A stretch of 64,000 nucleotides of DNA from Heterodontus francisci (lineage: Eukaryota). The stretch is from contig NC_090381.1 of NCBI RefSeq assembly GCF_036365525.1, positions 65,434,950-65,498,949 of the forward strand, read 5' to 3'. Positions 1 to 13,197 of this stretch are shown one piece after another; the first letter of the stretch is position 1; every line of letters begins with the position of its first letter. The notes beneath the pieces are model-generated. The model did not search any database and was not told the origin of the DNA. It worked only from the letters and a program-made list of their open reading frames with translations. A program made the position numbers and the translations under genes.

Positions 1-574
1 AAATGTGCAGGACCTTTGAATTTTTTCCATGGCCACACATGTGCCGAGTTGTGCTTGACCTGCATGAAAAGCCTCCAGCAACCTGGAAGTTAGAGGGAAC
101 ATTGAAGTTGAAGTCAGAAGTTAGAGGAACTTTCTGACTCAGAGGCAAGAGTGCTACCAACTGAGCTGCAACTGTCACTGCCCCAGTACAATACCTCCTA
201 ATGGGTCACCCATAACAGATAATATCTTTATGCCCTTCCTGCAGTGGTAAACTTGTATATAGTATTCAAACAATTGTGACCTTATGGAGTCATAAAACTG
301 GGCCATCCTCTTCAAATGTCAGTGTCTGCTCCAGACAGCAAGTGTGGATTACTTACACCCAGGCCCGCAATTTATCAGAAACAACAGGGATTTTAAAATC
401 GTAATACATCAGTCTTCTTATAGTTTCACATAAACAGATATAATAAATATGTATAACACGATGCAAGACAAAGCTTGCATCTATAGTCCATATAAATGTT
501 TATATTTTTTGAAATCACTTTACTTCCTAGGAATCCAAAAACCTTTGCTGAGTATCATTTTTAAAAATATGATT

Positions 575-924
575 TTTTAGATTTAGATATACAGCACTGA
601 AACAGGCCCTTCGGCCCACCGAGTCTGTGCCGACCATTAACCGCCCATTTATACTAGTCCTACACTAATCCCATATTCCTACCACATCCTCACCTGTCCC
701 TATATTTCCCTACCACCTACCTATGCTAGGGGCAATTTATAATGGCCAATTTACCTATCAACCTGCAAGTCTTTTTGGCTGTGGGAGGAAACCGGAGCAC
801 CCGGAAAAAACCCATGCAGACACAGGGAGAACTTGCAAACTCCACACAGGCAGTACCCAGAATTGAACCCGGGTCGCTGGAGCTGTGAGGCTGCAGTGCT
901 AACCACTGCGCCACTGTGCCGCCC
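575..924 (-). mobile_element. HE1-like tRNA-derived V-SINE
   Basis: Minus strand reads GGGCGGCACAGTGGCGCAGTGGTTAGCACTGCAGCCTCACAGC...GGGTTCAATTC (A/B boxes), then the V-domain GTGTGGAGTTTGCAAGTTCTCCCTGTGTCTGC, and a CR1-type tail GGGCCGAAGGGCCTGTTTCAGTGCTGTAT with (CTAAAT)n. Four near-identical copies occur elsewhere in the window. Confidence 0.9.
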
Positions 925-1039
925 TGTAACAGAAATTTATGAACAGCCAATAAAAACGTATAAAGCAGGACAACAGCTTCTGTAAAGCTTCACCTTGCCC
1001 ACTCCTAAAAAAGGTAAATCAAGCAAAATTCCAATATGT

Positions 1040-1345
1040 ATATTGAACCAAACATCTGAGATTTCAGTGTAATGCTGTCAGTGTTTTCACACGAGTTGCT
1101 AAGCCAAATATACCTTTTCAGATGGACATTAAAGATCCCATGGGGCTATTCAAAGTAAAAAGTGCCCTAGTCAATATTTCTTCCTCAAGTAAGGTTGCCA
1201 GGAAACGAATTAATTGGGTCGTTCCTTCAATTTGCTGTAGGTGGAATATTACTTTGTGCAAATTAACTACCTCTTTTTCCTACATGGCAATACTTCAAAG
1301 TAATGTATTGGGTGTCAAATATTTTGGAACAGTTTACAGACGAAA
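1040..1345 (+). mobile_element. Degenerate Deu-domain SINE fragment (SacSINE1/AmnSINE1-like) in NCEH1 intron 1
   Basis: GGACATTAAAGATCCCATGGGGCTATTCAAAG and TGTGCAAATTAACTACC...TTCCTACA...TACTTCAAAGTAATGTATTGG resemble the Deu core. Matches the reverse-strand copy at 50660-52890. Confidence 0.6.
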
Positions 1346-1818
1346 TAGAACACTTTATCTATAGAAATTCCTACATTAATCGATATTTTAATAAAAGTGA
1401 AAACATAAAAAATGGAAATACACAACAGGTGCGGCCAAAATTTTAATCGTTTTTTCAGATACTGATGGACGTGCTGTGTATTAGTATCTTCGAATGTATT
1501 TAGTAGTTCAGGAACCACCACCTGCCATTCCTTGTTTCATCTTCGTCATTACCTGTAGGGTGATCAGCATACATCTTTTCTCTTACTAAGTGGACAGTCT
1601 TTGGAAAATTGTATTGAGAACTTTAACATGAAAGGTGTACGCGAAAGGACGTATGTGGGAGTAATACTACCATAAGTGAACAGCAGAGAAAGACAAGTGA
1701 ATTGTGTAACTTGCAAGTCTGGGATACCTTTGAAACTACGAACATAGTAATGGTCAATTATTTCACTTCAAATTATCTCAAGTGTTAGTGAAGCAGCATC
1801 AAGCAAATTGAACTATAC

Positions 1819-1956
1819 CATATCCTGGACTCCTCTGAATGTCGCATCCATGAACATCAGTTTCCAGGGCTCGGAGACGGTGTTCGGTATTGGGATGTAC
1901 ACGTAGTAAGCTGTCAAAGCCGCAGCGATCACGATCACTGGGACTGTTGGTCGCAT
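1819..1956 (-). CDS. NCEH1: Neutral cholesterol ester hydrolase 1 (AADACL1), first coding exon; rest of gene lies left of the window
   Basis: Translates MRPTVPVIVIAAALTAYYVYIPIPNTVSEPWKLMFMDATFRGVQDM (46 aa), colinear with human [46 protein letters not shown]. Followed by a GTATAG donor (phase 0). An in-frame ATG lies one codon upstream at 1959. Syntenic with ECT2. Confidence 0.93.
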
Positions 1957-1959
1957 CAT

Positions 1960-2545
1960 TGCAGAATTCGGGGCAAAAAATGGAAATGCTCGAAGAAGCA
2001 GAGACACACATTTCCTGCCTTTCTGTTACTCAACGCCAGCCTCACAGGGACCAATCAGGTCGCTGCGGCTTTATCAGTCAGCCTATCGGGCGAGGAGGGT
2101 GGGACGTTGGGAATTGTAGTTTTTTCTGTATGGTAATTTTGCGAAATGACGGGCCATGGGTGTGACAGGACGAAAATGACTAAGCGAGAGGTGCACTGCG
2201 CAAAAATAAAACCCGGGAACTGAGAAAAAGACTGAATGTCATCAGGAATAGGAGCTGTTTAGGCCTACTGAAACTCCTCTAATGTGGGATTGCAAACCAA
2301 AGGGCGGTGCTGATTGCTCCTTAAAGGGTGATTGCAGGTTTTTTTTAAATGCAAATAAAGGCGTTAATATTTATGATTAAACATTGACCTTGGTACATTG
2401 CCTAGGATTAAGGAATGCGAATGCTTTGTATTCTTTCTCCAGCGTTCGAATCCAGGTGCCGGGTTCCAAGTGACGTCACCGCCAGCGGGCCGCCATCTTT
2501 TTTACAGGCAGAGGGGCTGTGAGCATTCGTGGCGGCGGCTACAAG
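1960..2545. promoter_or_regulatory. CpG-rich bidirectional promoter NCEH1 <-> THAP gene
   Basis: Start codons are about 590 bp apart, head-to-head. Motifs: CCAAT 2051-2055; TGGGAATTGTAGT 2108-2120 (reverse of ACTACAATTCCCA, the ZNF143/THAP11 motif); CRE TGACGTCA 2471-2478; YY1-type GCCGCCATCTT 2489-2499. Confidence 0.8.
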
Positions 2546-2616
2546 ATGCCAGTGTCGTGCAGCCTGTTGGACTGCAAGAATCGCTTCAAGAAAGGGAGCG
2601 GCATCACTTTCCACAG
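2546..2616 (+). CDS. THAP-domain protein, exon 1 (MPVSCSLLDCKNRFKKGSGITFHR)
   Basis: ATG in ACAAGATGC context; C-x4-C and FHR motif typical of the THAP N-terminus; 71-nt coding exon ending in phase 2 at AG|GTACCC. Confidence 0.9.
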
Positions 2617-3219
2617 GTACCCTGCCAGGCTGCTAGGAGGCCAACTTTCCCTTCCAAAATTATTTCGATCAGGTTCTAACTTTAATCTTTTAGAGCAGAT
2701 GGGTAAGGCACGGTGACACAGGATAGATGGCGATTTTAATCGTTTACCGCAGGGTAACAGCAAAGTTGGTCAGTTCGTGCACAACAGGCCCCCTCCAAAG
2801 CGGTCGCTGCAATTGATTTGCTGCTGTTTTGTATGTTATTACATCTCATCGGATATGTTGTATTCGTTCCTATCTGCGATTTCGTTTAATAGCATTTCCT
2901 GCATTTTAAAACAGGTTTGCCAAGGCACTTTACTATGGGGTATGAAATCTGACATTTGGAAGGCGCTTCTCTTTATGCTTTTTTCCCCCCAATGTTTTAT
3001 TCCATTATCCTGCCTCAACCCTACCCTCCCTTCTTCAGTAGACGGATAGTACAGTCTGTATACATACATCTGCATCTCATAGGCGAACATGGCTTCATTC
3101 ATTAGTTTCTGTTATTGTTTCCTAAATATATTTTCTTAACTAACTCAAACCAAGAAAATTACTTATAAAAGGATTTCAAGAAATGGCCTTCCCACACTCA
3201 AATACGAAATGCGTGATGT

Positions 3220-3748
3220 ATGTGCTTGCTTGCCATTTCAACACACACCCCTGCTCTCATGCCAACATTTCTGTCTTTGGCCTGCTCCAGTGTTCTAGTC
3301 AACATCAACACAAGTTCAAGGAGGAGCTCCTGATCTTTCGGTTAGGCACTCTACAGCCTTGCGGACTGAACATTGAGTTCAATAACTTCAGAGCATGACT
3401 GGCCTTTTAATATTTTATTTTTTTAACCATTTCCCTGCTTTTTACGTAGTCAGGACTGCTCACTATTCCGCTATTAACACTCTTCTTGGACTAATGCTTT
3501 GTCTTTCGCCACAAGCATGAACACACGCTTTGCCTTTGTCCCAGGACAGGTTGTTATTTAATCTCCCCTACCCTATCAGACACCTTCCCCTTTGTTCTCT
3601 CCCCCACCCCCTTTCCCCTTCACTTGCTTAAAATCTGATTCTTTTCTAACCTTTACTAGTTCTGATGAACGGTCACAGACCTGGAACGTTAACTTTCTCT
3701 ACAGATGCTGCTGACCTGCTGAGTATTTCCAGCACTTTTTGTTTTTAG
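3220..3748 (+). mobile_element. Penelope-like retroelement 3' fragment (GIY-YIG endonuclease C-terminus plus terminal repeat)
   Basis: ORF ACHFNTHPCSHANISVFGLLQC...EELLIFRLGTLQPCGLNIEFNNFRA*. Downstream AGTTCTGATGAACGGTCACAGACCTGGAACGTTAACT is a hammerhead-like core with GAAA>GGAA, followed by the CAGATGCTGC...CCAGCA end motif. Confidence 0.8.
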
Positions 3749-4132
3749 CCAGAGCAATTTATGGGATTGGCCATGAATTGTTGGCCTGTATTGCTGCTGA
3801 CCTTGCCAAATACAGTGATAATGCCAAGCACGTGTAGCCTTGTGCTAGGGAATGGTGTGAAGATATATCACAGCAATCTCCCTAACAAGAAAAGTCCAAG
3901 TTTGACCGAGTGGCTTTCTTGAATCAGAAACAGCGTAGTTACATAAAAAACATCTTGAGGTTAGAAGCTAGGTAACAAATGTGATGAGCTGACTATGTAT
4001 ACTTAATAGTTATATGCTCAAAGTAACGTTGGGAATGTGGGAATTTGGGTTTCTGGTTCAGCGCAATGATTATGCTTGGGACTGATGGCTTATGGGGGGA
4101 AAAAACTTGAGTGGTACCAGCTACATAACGTG

Positions 4133-4493
4133 AGTTTAGTTTTTAGTTTAGTTTAGAGATACAGCACTGAAACAGGCCCTTCGGCCCACCGAGTCTGTGC
4201 TGACCACCAACCACCCATTTTATACTAATCCTACACTAATCCCATATTCCTACCACATCCCCACCTGTCCCTATATTTCCCTACCACCTACCTATACTAG
4301 GGGCAATTTATAATGGCCAATTAACCCATCAACCTGCAAGTCTTTGGCATGTGGGAGGAAACCGGAGCACCCGGAGAAAACCCACGCAGACACAGGGAGA
4401 ACTTGCAAACTCCACACAGGCAGTACCCAGAATTGAACCCAGGTCGCTGGAGCTGTGAGGCTGCGGTGCTAACCACTGCGCCACTGTGCTGCC
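4133..4493 (-). mobile_element. HE1-like V-SINE
   Basis: Near-identical to 575-924; (CTAAA)n tail. Confidence 0.9.
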
Positions 4494-4718
4494 TGTGTTT
4501 GGCACTAGGGAGTTCTGCTGGCTGTAACCGGTCTATTGACCAGATTAGTCTATGTTTAGTCTATTGGTTTCTAGAGCTTCTATGACCTTGTCATTCTGAA
4601 TGGTGTGGTTGAGCTGATCATCATCCCCTGGGATGGTGACATTACTTCCTAGAATATCATTTTGATGAGTCCATTTGGTGGTCAGATTATCTGTTCTACT
4701 TGGATTCCCTGCTCTGCT

Positions 4719-5171
4719 GGTTCACTCAACTGATTCCAGAGATGAAGGGGTTATTTTATGAGGAAAGCTTGAACAGGTTCGGCCTTTATCCATTACAGTT
4801 TAGAAGAATGAGAGATGATCTGATGGAAACATATAAGATCCTGAGGGGACTTGACATGGTGGATGCTGAGAGAATGTTTCCCCTTGTGGGAGACACAGAT
4901 TAAAAATAAATCGTCTCCCATTTAAGACAGAGATGAGAAGAAATTGTTTTCTGAGTGCTGTTAGTCTGTGGAAATATCTTCCCCAGAGAGCAGTGGAATA
5001 TTGAATATTTTTAAGGCTCAGTTAGATTCTTGATTGACAAGGGAGTCAAAGGGTATGGGGAATAGACAGGAAAGTAGAGTTAAGGCCACAATCAGATCAG
5101 CCATAATCTTAACAAATGGCGGAGCAGGTTCAATGGGCCAAATGGCCTACTCCTGCTCCTAGTTCGTATGT
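4719..5171 (+). mobile_element. CR1 LINE 3' fragment
   Basis: FTQLIPEMKGLFYEESLNRFGLYPLQFRRMRDDLMETYKILRGLD (CR1 ORF2 C-terminus) and a GGCCAAATGGCCTACTCCTGCTCCT 3' tail. Confidence 0.88.
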
Positions 5172-5975
5172 CCAGTGAATCCACCTTATGCACTCGCAAC
5201 TGCATCAGCTGGTTGCCTTAACTTTCTCCTTTCTTGATCTCAGATAAATTGGACAATTAAGTGACACAATTATCTCTGCTTGTAGCTGGCTTGTATGTCA
5301 TGCAACCTGATTTGTGTAATCTCTCAACTCTGTTCTGAATACACTTTGTACTTGTAAAGATATCATTCTGCACTTCTAGGTAAAGATTATTACAAAAGAA
5401 GACAGAGAATCTGCTGAGAGGTGTGCCAAGCAAATTACAAGTCAACTTGAAACATAAAGAAAAAAGCCTTTCTGTTCAATTGACCAATCTGGAAGATGTA
5501 TGGCAAAAGCGTTTAATATCTGAACAGCCATGTAGGAGTTCTGTAAAATCTCAAGTTAATGTGGTGTGGATATCTAGGCATGTGAGACAACACTCCACCA
5601 CCTCCTAATTTCTTGGTCTTTCCTTCAACAAAGAGTCCTACTAAGGACCAGATAAAGCATGACATATTTATGCCCCAGTAACGAGTTATTTCTGAGCTCA
5701 GCCCTTAATGCTGGCCTCTTATCACTGGTAATAAGTGTTTCATTTCAATATACATGGTCATAAATTAACTAGTTTCTCATCAATCTGTTCAACAGACTCT
5801 ATATTGTAAACCTGACAATATAAACTCTTTTCAGGAAAAATTTGAGTCAATTTTCAGGGTATTTTCTCAACATTCTCCTGCTCATCCACCTTAACGTCAG
5901 CTGAAGAGCCACAGAAATTCCAGGCAGACAACATTTTTTTTCTGCTGTTTCCACAGTTCTTTAAAAAAAAAAACT

Positions 5976-8885
5976 ACTTCTTCTTCTTTGGCCTCCTTGT
6001 CTCGAGAGACAATGGGTAAGCGCCTGGAGGTGGTCAGTGGTTTGTGAAGCAACGCCTGGAGTGGCTATAAAGTCCAATTCTAGAGTGACAGACTCTTACA
6101 CAGGCGCTGCAGATAAAATTGTTTTCCGAGGCTGTTACACAGTTGGCTCTCGCCTTGAGCTTCTGTCTTTTTACCTGCCAACTGCTAAGTCTCTTCAATT
6201 CGCTACACTTTAGCCCCGCCTTGATGGCTGTCCGCCAGCTCTGGCGATCACTGGCAACTGACTCCCACGACTTGTGATCAACGTCAGAGGACTTCATGCC
6301 GCGTTTGCAGACGTCTTTAAAGCGGAGACATGGACGGCCAGTGGGTCTGATACCAGTGACAAGCTCGCTGTACAATGTGTCCTTGGGGATCCTGCCATCT
6401 TCCATGCGGCTCACATGGCCAAGCCATCTCGAGCGCCGCTGGCTCAGTAGGGTGTATATGCTGGGGATGTTGGCCGCCTCGAGGACTCCTGTGTTGGAGA
6501 TACGGTCCTGCCACCTGATGCCAAGGATTTTCCGGAGGCAGCGAAGATGGAATGAATTGAGACGTCACACTTGGCTGACATACGTTGTCCAGGCCTCGCT
6601 GCCGTAGAGCAAGGTACTGAGGACACAGGGTTGATACACTCGGACTTTTGTGTTCCGTGTCAGTGTGCCATTTTCCCACACTCTCTTGGCCAGTCTGGAC
6701 ATAGCAGTGGAAGCCTTTCCCATGCGCTTGTTGATTTCTGCATCGAGGACAGGTTAGTGGTGATAGTTGAGCCTAGGTAGGTGAACTCTTGAACCACTTC
6801 CAGAGTGTGGTTGCCGATATTGAGGGATGGAGTATTTCTGACGTCCTGTCCCATGATGTTCGTTTTCTTGAGGCTGATGGTTAGGCTAAATTCGTTGCAG
6901 GCAGCCACAATCCTGTCAATGAGTCTCTGCAGACACTCTTCAGTGTGGGATGTTAATGTGGCATCGTCAGCAAAGAGGAGTTCCCTTTGGTCTTCGCTCT
7001 TAAATGGGCAAGGTTGAACAACCTGCCATCTGATCTTGTGTGGAGGAAAATTCCTTCTTCTGAAGACTTGAACGCATGTGAGAGCAGCAGGGAGAAGAGG
7101 ATCCCAAACAGTGTAGGTGCGAGAACACAGCCCTGTTTCACGCCACTCAGGATAGGACAGGGGTCTGATGAAGCACCGCTATGTTGAATTGTGCCTTTCA
7201 TATTGTCATGGAATGAGGTGATGATACTTAGTAGCTTTGGTGGACATCCGATCTTCGCTAGTGGTCTGAAGAGACCACGTCTGCTGATGAGGTCAAAGGC
7301 TTTGGTGAGATCAATGAAAGCAACGTAGAGGGGCATCTCCTGTAGCTGGTGAAGGGAGAACAGCATGTCAATGGTGGATCTCTCTGCTCAAATGCCACAC
7401 TGTGCCTCAGGATAGACACGCTCAGCCAGCTTCTAGAGCCTGTTTAAAGCGACTCGAGCGAAGACTTTCCCCACTATGCTGAGCAGGGAGATTCCACGGT
7501 AGTTGTTGCAGTCACCGCGGTCACCCTTGTTCTTATAGAAGGTGATGATATTGGCATCGCGCATGTCCTGTGGTACTGCTCCCTCATCCCAGCACAGGCA
7601 AAGCAGTTCATGGAGTGCTGTGAGTATAGCGGGTTTGGCACTCTTGATTATTTCAGGGGTAATGCTGTCCTTCCCAGGGGCTTTCCCACAGTTTAGTTTA
7701 GAAATACAGCACCGAAACAGGCCCTTCGGCCCACCGAGTCTGTGCCGACCATCAACCACCCATTTATACTAAATCCTACACTAATCCCATATTTCTACCA
7801 CATCCCCACCTGTCCCTATATTTCCCTACCACCTACCTACACTAGGGTAAATTTATAATGGCCGATTAACCTATCAACCTGCAAGTCTTTGGCATGTCGG
7901 AGGAAACCCACGCAGACACAGGGAGAACTTGGAAACTCCACACAGGCAGTACCCAGAATTGAACCTGGGTCGCTGGAGCTGTGAGGCTGCGGTGCTATCC
8001 ACTGCGCCACTGTGCCGCCCACTGGCTAGAGAATCAATGGCATCACTGAGTTCCGATTTTGTTGGCTGTTCGTCCAGCTCATCCATGACGGGCAGAGACT
8101 GGGATGCATTGAGGGCGGTATCAGTGACAACATTTTCCCTGGGGTACAGTTCTAGGTAGTGCTCCACCCAGCAGTCCATTTGCTTGTGTTGGTCAGTGAT
8201 TGTGTCCCCTGATTTAGATTTGAGGGGGGCTATCTTCCTGATGGTTGGCCCAAAAGCTCTCTTAATGCCATCATACATTCCTCTGATGTTTCCGGTGTTC
8301 GAGGCCAACTGAATACGACTGCATAGGGTTGGCAGTAGTCATTTGCGCAGCGCCTGGCCGTTCTTTGAGCAGCGCTTCTGGCTGCTTTTAAGTGCTACAG
8401 ATGTTAACTCACTAGGGGCTTTCTTGTCGTTCAACAGTGCAATGCATTTAGCGGCTATGACAGGATCCAGCTCTTCAAAGTGAGATTGAAACCAATCTGT
8501 GTTCTGCTTCACATGTTTGCCATAGGTGGTCATTGCTGAGTCATAGATGGCGCCTCTGATGTGGGCCCACTTAGTCTCTGCATCCCCTGTAGGAGTGTTT
8601 TTTGAAGGGCTTTTTCAAGTGAGTTTAGAAACTTATGTAACAGCTGTGGATAAGAAATTCTGTTAGTGTTGATGCGCAGGCGGCCCTTGTGCTTGGAGTG
8701 ACGTAGCTTCTTTGGTTTGAGTCTAACCTTGCTGCACACCAGGGCGTGGTCGGTGTCGCAGTCCGTACTGTAGAAGCTGCATGTGATTTGAACGCTGTTT
8801 AAAGAGGCTCGCCTTGTGATGATGAGGTCCAGCTGGTGCCAACGACGTGATCTTGAGTGCCTCTAAGAAACCTTGTGACAGGGTT
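5976..8885 (-). mobile_element. RTE-clade LINE, 5'-truncated and frameshifted (endonuclease end, RT, C-terminal Cys/His motif)
   Basis: ORF pieces NYRGISLLSIVGKVFARV, AFIDLTKAFDL, GVKQGCVLAPTLF, FTYLGS, RMEDGRIPKDTLYSEL and CSACVRVCHSRIGLYSHSRRC; (AAG)n tail near 5976. Confidence 0.9.
7692..8020 (-). mobile_element. HE1-like V-SINE nested inside the RTE LINE
   Basis: Same SINE sequence with a small internal deletion. It interrupts the RTE ORF between DAIDSLASG and KAPGKDSIT. Confidence 0.9.
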
Positions 8886-9429
8886 TTAAAAACTATGCAG
8901 CGGGAAAACCCCCAAGGAAATTCAGCTCCCAGATATCTAACTCCAACTAATACATCTTGCATGCTGTCTTGCCATATTCTCCTCTTCAAAACTGCTGAAA
9001 GATTAAAAAATTAAATACATAGCTGCAGGAATATTAAAGGTCGCTCATTTAGGGTTTTCACAATAATAGCTAGTCATGGAATTCAATCTCCAAAGCACAA
9101 GAAATCATACCAGGATACCACTTACTATAAATAGAATTTTACTTATTTAGTTCCTATAACTTAGTGGACCTGATGTTTCCCCTATGTGGCATAAACAGGC
9201 CTATTGTCATAAAGCAGTATATCCTCTGACGCGCCATGGGCAACGCTGCTGGAGATTTGTAGTATATGTTTTAATTTTGGAATTTTAGCTCCATCAGTAT
9301 TGCTACACTTTGAGTCTACATTAAAATCATGGGATCTTACAGTATAGAAAGATGCCATATGGCCTGTCGTGTTTGTGCTGGCTTATTCTCGGAGAGAATT
9401 TCTAATAATTTTGTTTCCTACCAGTAGGG

Positions 9430-11497
9430 TCGATTGGTAAGACACAATCTAACATGATAGAATTTTTCATTAAGATGGAGAGTGAAAGAGTTGATTCTGA
9501 GACTAGGGTCCTGAATCTAAATAAAGGAAACTATGAAGGTATGAGGCACGAGTTGGCTATGATAGATTGAGGAGTGTTACTAAAAGGGTTGACAGTGGAC
9601 AGGCAATGGCTAGCATTTAAAGAGCACATGGATGAATTACAGCAATTGCTAATTCCTGTCTGGTGCAAAAATAAAACAGGAAGGGTGGCTTACAAAAGAA
9701 ATTAGGGATAAAATGGCCAGAACAAGCAGCAAACCTGAGGATTGGGAGCAGCTTAGAATTCAGAAAAGGAGGACAAAGGAATTGATTAAGAAGGAGAAAA
9801 TAGAGTATGAGAGTAAGCTTGCAGAGAACATAAAAACTGACTGTAAAAGCTTCTATAGATATGTGAAGAGAAAAAGATTAGTGAAGACAAATGTGGGTCC
9901 CTTACAGTTAGAAATGGGGAATTTATAAAGGGGAACAAAGAAATGGCAGACCAATTAAATACATACTTTGGTTCTACCTTCACAAAGGAAGTCACAAATT
10001 ACTTCCCAGAAATGTTGGGGAACATAGGGTCTAGTGAGAAGGAGGAACTGTATGAAATCAGTATTAGTAGGGAAATTGATCGGATTGAAGGCCGATAAAT
10101 GCCCAGGGCCTGATAATCTACATCCCAGAGTACTTAAGGAAGTGGCCCTTGAAATAGTTGATGCATTGCTGGTCATTTTTCAAAATTCTATAGACTCTGG
10201 AACAGTTCCAATGGATTGGAGGGTAGCTTATGTAACCCCGCTATTTAAAATGGAGGTAGAGAGAAAACATGGAATTATAGACCAGTTAGCCTGACATCAG
10301 AAGTGGGGAAAATGCTAGAGTCCATTATAAAAGATGTAATAGTAGAGCACTTGAAAATAATGACAGGGTCGGACAAAGTCAACATGGATTTACGAAAGGG
10401 AAGTCATGCTTGACAAATCTACTGGAATTTTTTGAGGATGTAACGAGTAGAATAGATAAGGGAGAACCAGTGGATGTAGTGTATTTGGATTTTTAGAAGG
10501 CTTTCGATAAGATCCCACATAAGAGATTAGCATGCAAAATTAAAGCTCATGGGATTGGGGTAAGGTACTGACATGGATAGAGAACTGGTTGGCAGACAGG
10601 AAATAAAGTGTAGGAATAAACGGGTGTTTTTCCGAGTGGCAGGCAGTGACTAGTGGGGTACCGCAGGGATCAGTGCTAGGACCCCAGCTATTCACAATAT
10701 ATATTAATGTTACAGATGAGGGAATTAAATGTAATATATCCACAATTGCCGACGACACAAAGCTGACTGGGAGTTGAGGAGGATGCAGAGAAGCTCGAGT
10801 GTGATTTGGACAGGTTGAGTGAGTGGGCAAAATACATGGCAGATGCAGTATAATGTGGATAAATGTGAGGTTATCCACTTTGGTGGCAAAAACAGAGTAC
10901 AGGAGCAAGGCTGTCTTGCTGCAATTATGCAAGGCATTGGTGAGACCACATCTGGAGTATTATGTGCAGTTTTGGTCCCCTTATCTGAGGAAGGATGTTC
11001 TTGCTATGGAGGGAGTGCAGCAAAGTTTCACCAGACTGATTCCTGGGATGGCAGGACTGACGTATAAAGAGCGATTGGGTTGATTTAGGCTTGTATTCAC
11101 TAGAGTTTAGAAGAATGAGAGGGGATCTCATAGAAACCTACAAAATTCTAACAGGATTGGACAGATTAGATGCAGGAAGGATGTTCCCGATGGCGGGGAA
11201 GTCCAGGGCCAGTAGTCACAGTCTAAGGTTAAGGGGTAAGCCGTTTAGGACTGTGATGAGGAGGGATTTCTTCATCCAGAGAGTGGTGATCCTGTGGAAT
11301 TCTCTACCACAGAAAGCAGTTGAGGCCAAATCATTAAATATTAAGAAAGAGTTAGATATAGTTCTTGGGGATAATGGGATCAAGGGATAAGGGGAGAAAG
11401 CGGGAACAGGTTACTGAGTTTGGATGATCAGCCATGATCGTATTGAATGGCGCAGCAGGACCGAATGGCCTACTCCTCCTATTTTTCTGTGTTTATG
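9430..11497 (+). mobile_element. CR1 LINE ORF2 fragment (decayed)
   Basis: KCPGPDNLHPRVLKEVALEIVDAL, RPHLEYYVQFWSPYLRKD and RRMRGDLIETYKIL, with stops and frameshifts; CR1 3' tail. Confidence 0.92.
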
Positions 11498-12971
11498 GTC
11501 AATAATCTGACAATTATGTAGATGCCATTTTTACTTTGTTCTAATGGTATGAAAATTACATTTAGATGCTTGAGAGGCAATCTTTGAGGACGAAACAACT
11601 GATTTGATGGATCTCTTCGCAAGAAGTAATTTAAAATGAAACCAATTCCCAATTTGATCAGTGTTGTACGAAGATTCTCGTATTATGACTTCCTGGACAT
11701 TAAAGGAAAAAGTGGAATATATCCCATCCTATTTCTGGTGCATAAAATGGCAGATGGGTTCATTGTTTACCTGGAAGCCAGCTTTCCTTTGTAATTTGTG
11801 CACAACAAATATCAGTTTATAAAAATCGCAAACTTGACTGACGTCTCTGAGCAGGAATGATAAGTTTTGGGATACAACCCAAATTGCAACAAATAAAATT
11901 AGATTTTGATATGTTGTAAAATTGTTCTTTGTTTACCATTTTTGGGCTCATGATTTAGGTATTTACTGTGTATGGTGAGGTCACATGAAACAGTCCTGCA
12001 CACCTATCTTTGATCTGTCAGTCTGCGCTTGGACAATGAGGTTGTAGAATACATGAAAAATTGTCAGATTGTATTGTAGTGCCATTTTGAGGGTGGATAT
12101 TTCAAAGAAAAGCTTATTAGTCTTTTCATTATTTGTTTGTACGAATTTAAGGATTAGAACTTTCAATAGTATACTTCCATGGGAATTGTTTTGCTCCAAT
12201 TGCTTTGTCTTTGTTTGGTTGCTGTGTTCATCAACATCTGAGGAAAAATCCATAATGCGTACTTGTTTAGTATGAATTGCTTTATTTAAGTAACAATTAC
12301 ATAACAGGAAATATGTTTTTCTGATTTTACTTATATGCCAAGTAATATGAAATAATGTTTAAGATTTTCATTTTGAGTCTTGTGTGAATTTATGACTGTA
12401 CGCTTTTGTATCCAGTAATTTGCACAACTTGATTTTAGTTTGGAGGGATTTGTCTGTTTTCACAGGAGGTACTTGTAAGCGAGATTTATTTTGAGAGTTT
12501 ACTGCAGTTATCTTTATTGTTTCTTTCTTCAGTGCCATAGATTATACCAGCATCAGACAACCTTATTATTTTTTGCATTCCCACTAATATATATTTTCTA
12601 ACTTATCAATGTGTATTGCAGTTATTTTGTGTCCTGCTGCTGAGTTTGTTTGTTTTCACTTCGGAAGAGCTGCTGACCTGTAATGGTTGCTAATCTAATT
12701 TTTATCACTTAAATCCCACCATTCTATTAAGAGAATTTAACTGACCAAACTCAGTTAATTGTCAAGTGAGTTTCAAGATAGCTCAGCAGAATGGAGCAGC
12801 TGCTAATGATCAGTTATGCCCAGAGTTGCAGAGCAGATGCATTGACTGATAAGTACAGCATCTCAATAAATATAAAAATCTGAAAATGCTAATGAGGATA
12901 CTTGCAGTTTCACTAAGTTTTTTTTATATTGAATCCCTACTTTTGGTTTATTTTGTGTTCTGTCTACGTAG

Positions 12972-13158
12972 ATTTCCTATTTCAAGACCTGACCTCATGG
13001 CAAAATGGCTGAAAGCTGTAGCACGGGAAAACTGGATGCCATCACCAAGATCAACTCTCTGTAGTGATCACTTCACAAAAGATTGTTTTGAAGAACGGAA
13101 TGATAGAAGGCATTTAAAATTCTCTTCCATTCCAACCATATTTCCATCTCAAAATAAG
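12972..13158 (+). CDS. THAP-domain protein, exon 2 (FPISRPDLMAKWLKAVARENWMPSPRSTLCSDHFTKDCFEERNDRRHLKFSSIPTIFPSQNK)
   Basis: Pyrimidine tract plus TAG acceptor; phase 2 matches exon 1. Contains the conserved P, W, C-x-x-H-F and the AVPTIF-like box (SIPTIF). Ends AAG|GTACAG, phase 0. Confidence 0.92.
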
Positions 13159-13197
13159 GTACAGTTTCAACCATTTATTGTGTGTCATTCATTTTAG

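Noticed and set aside
726-950. Similar ~70-aa ORFs recurring at 726, 4349, 7837, 13365 and 31582
   Set aside because: They are translations of HE1-like SINE copies, not a gene family.
1957-2007. N-terminal extension MSLLLRAFPFFAPNSA of the NCEH1 ORF
   Set aside because: Starts at a non-ATG codon in the ORF track; homology begins at the ATG at 1956/1959.
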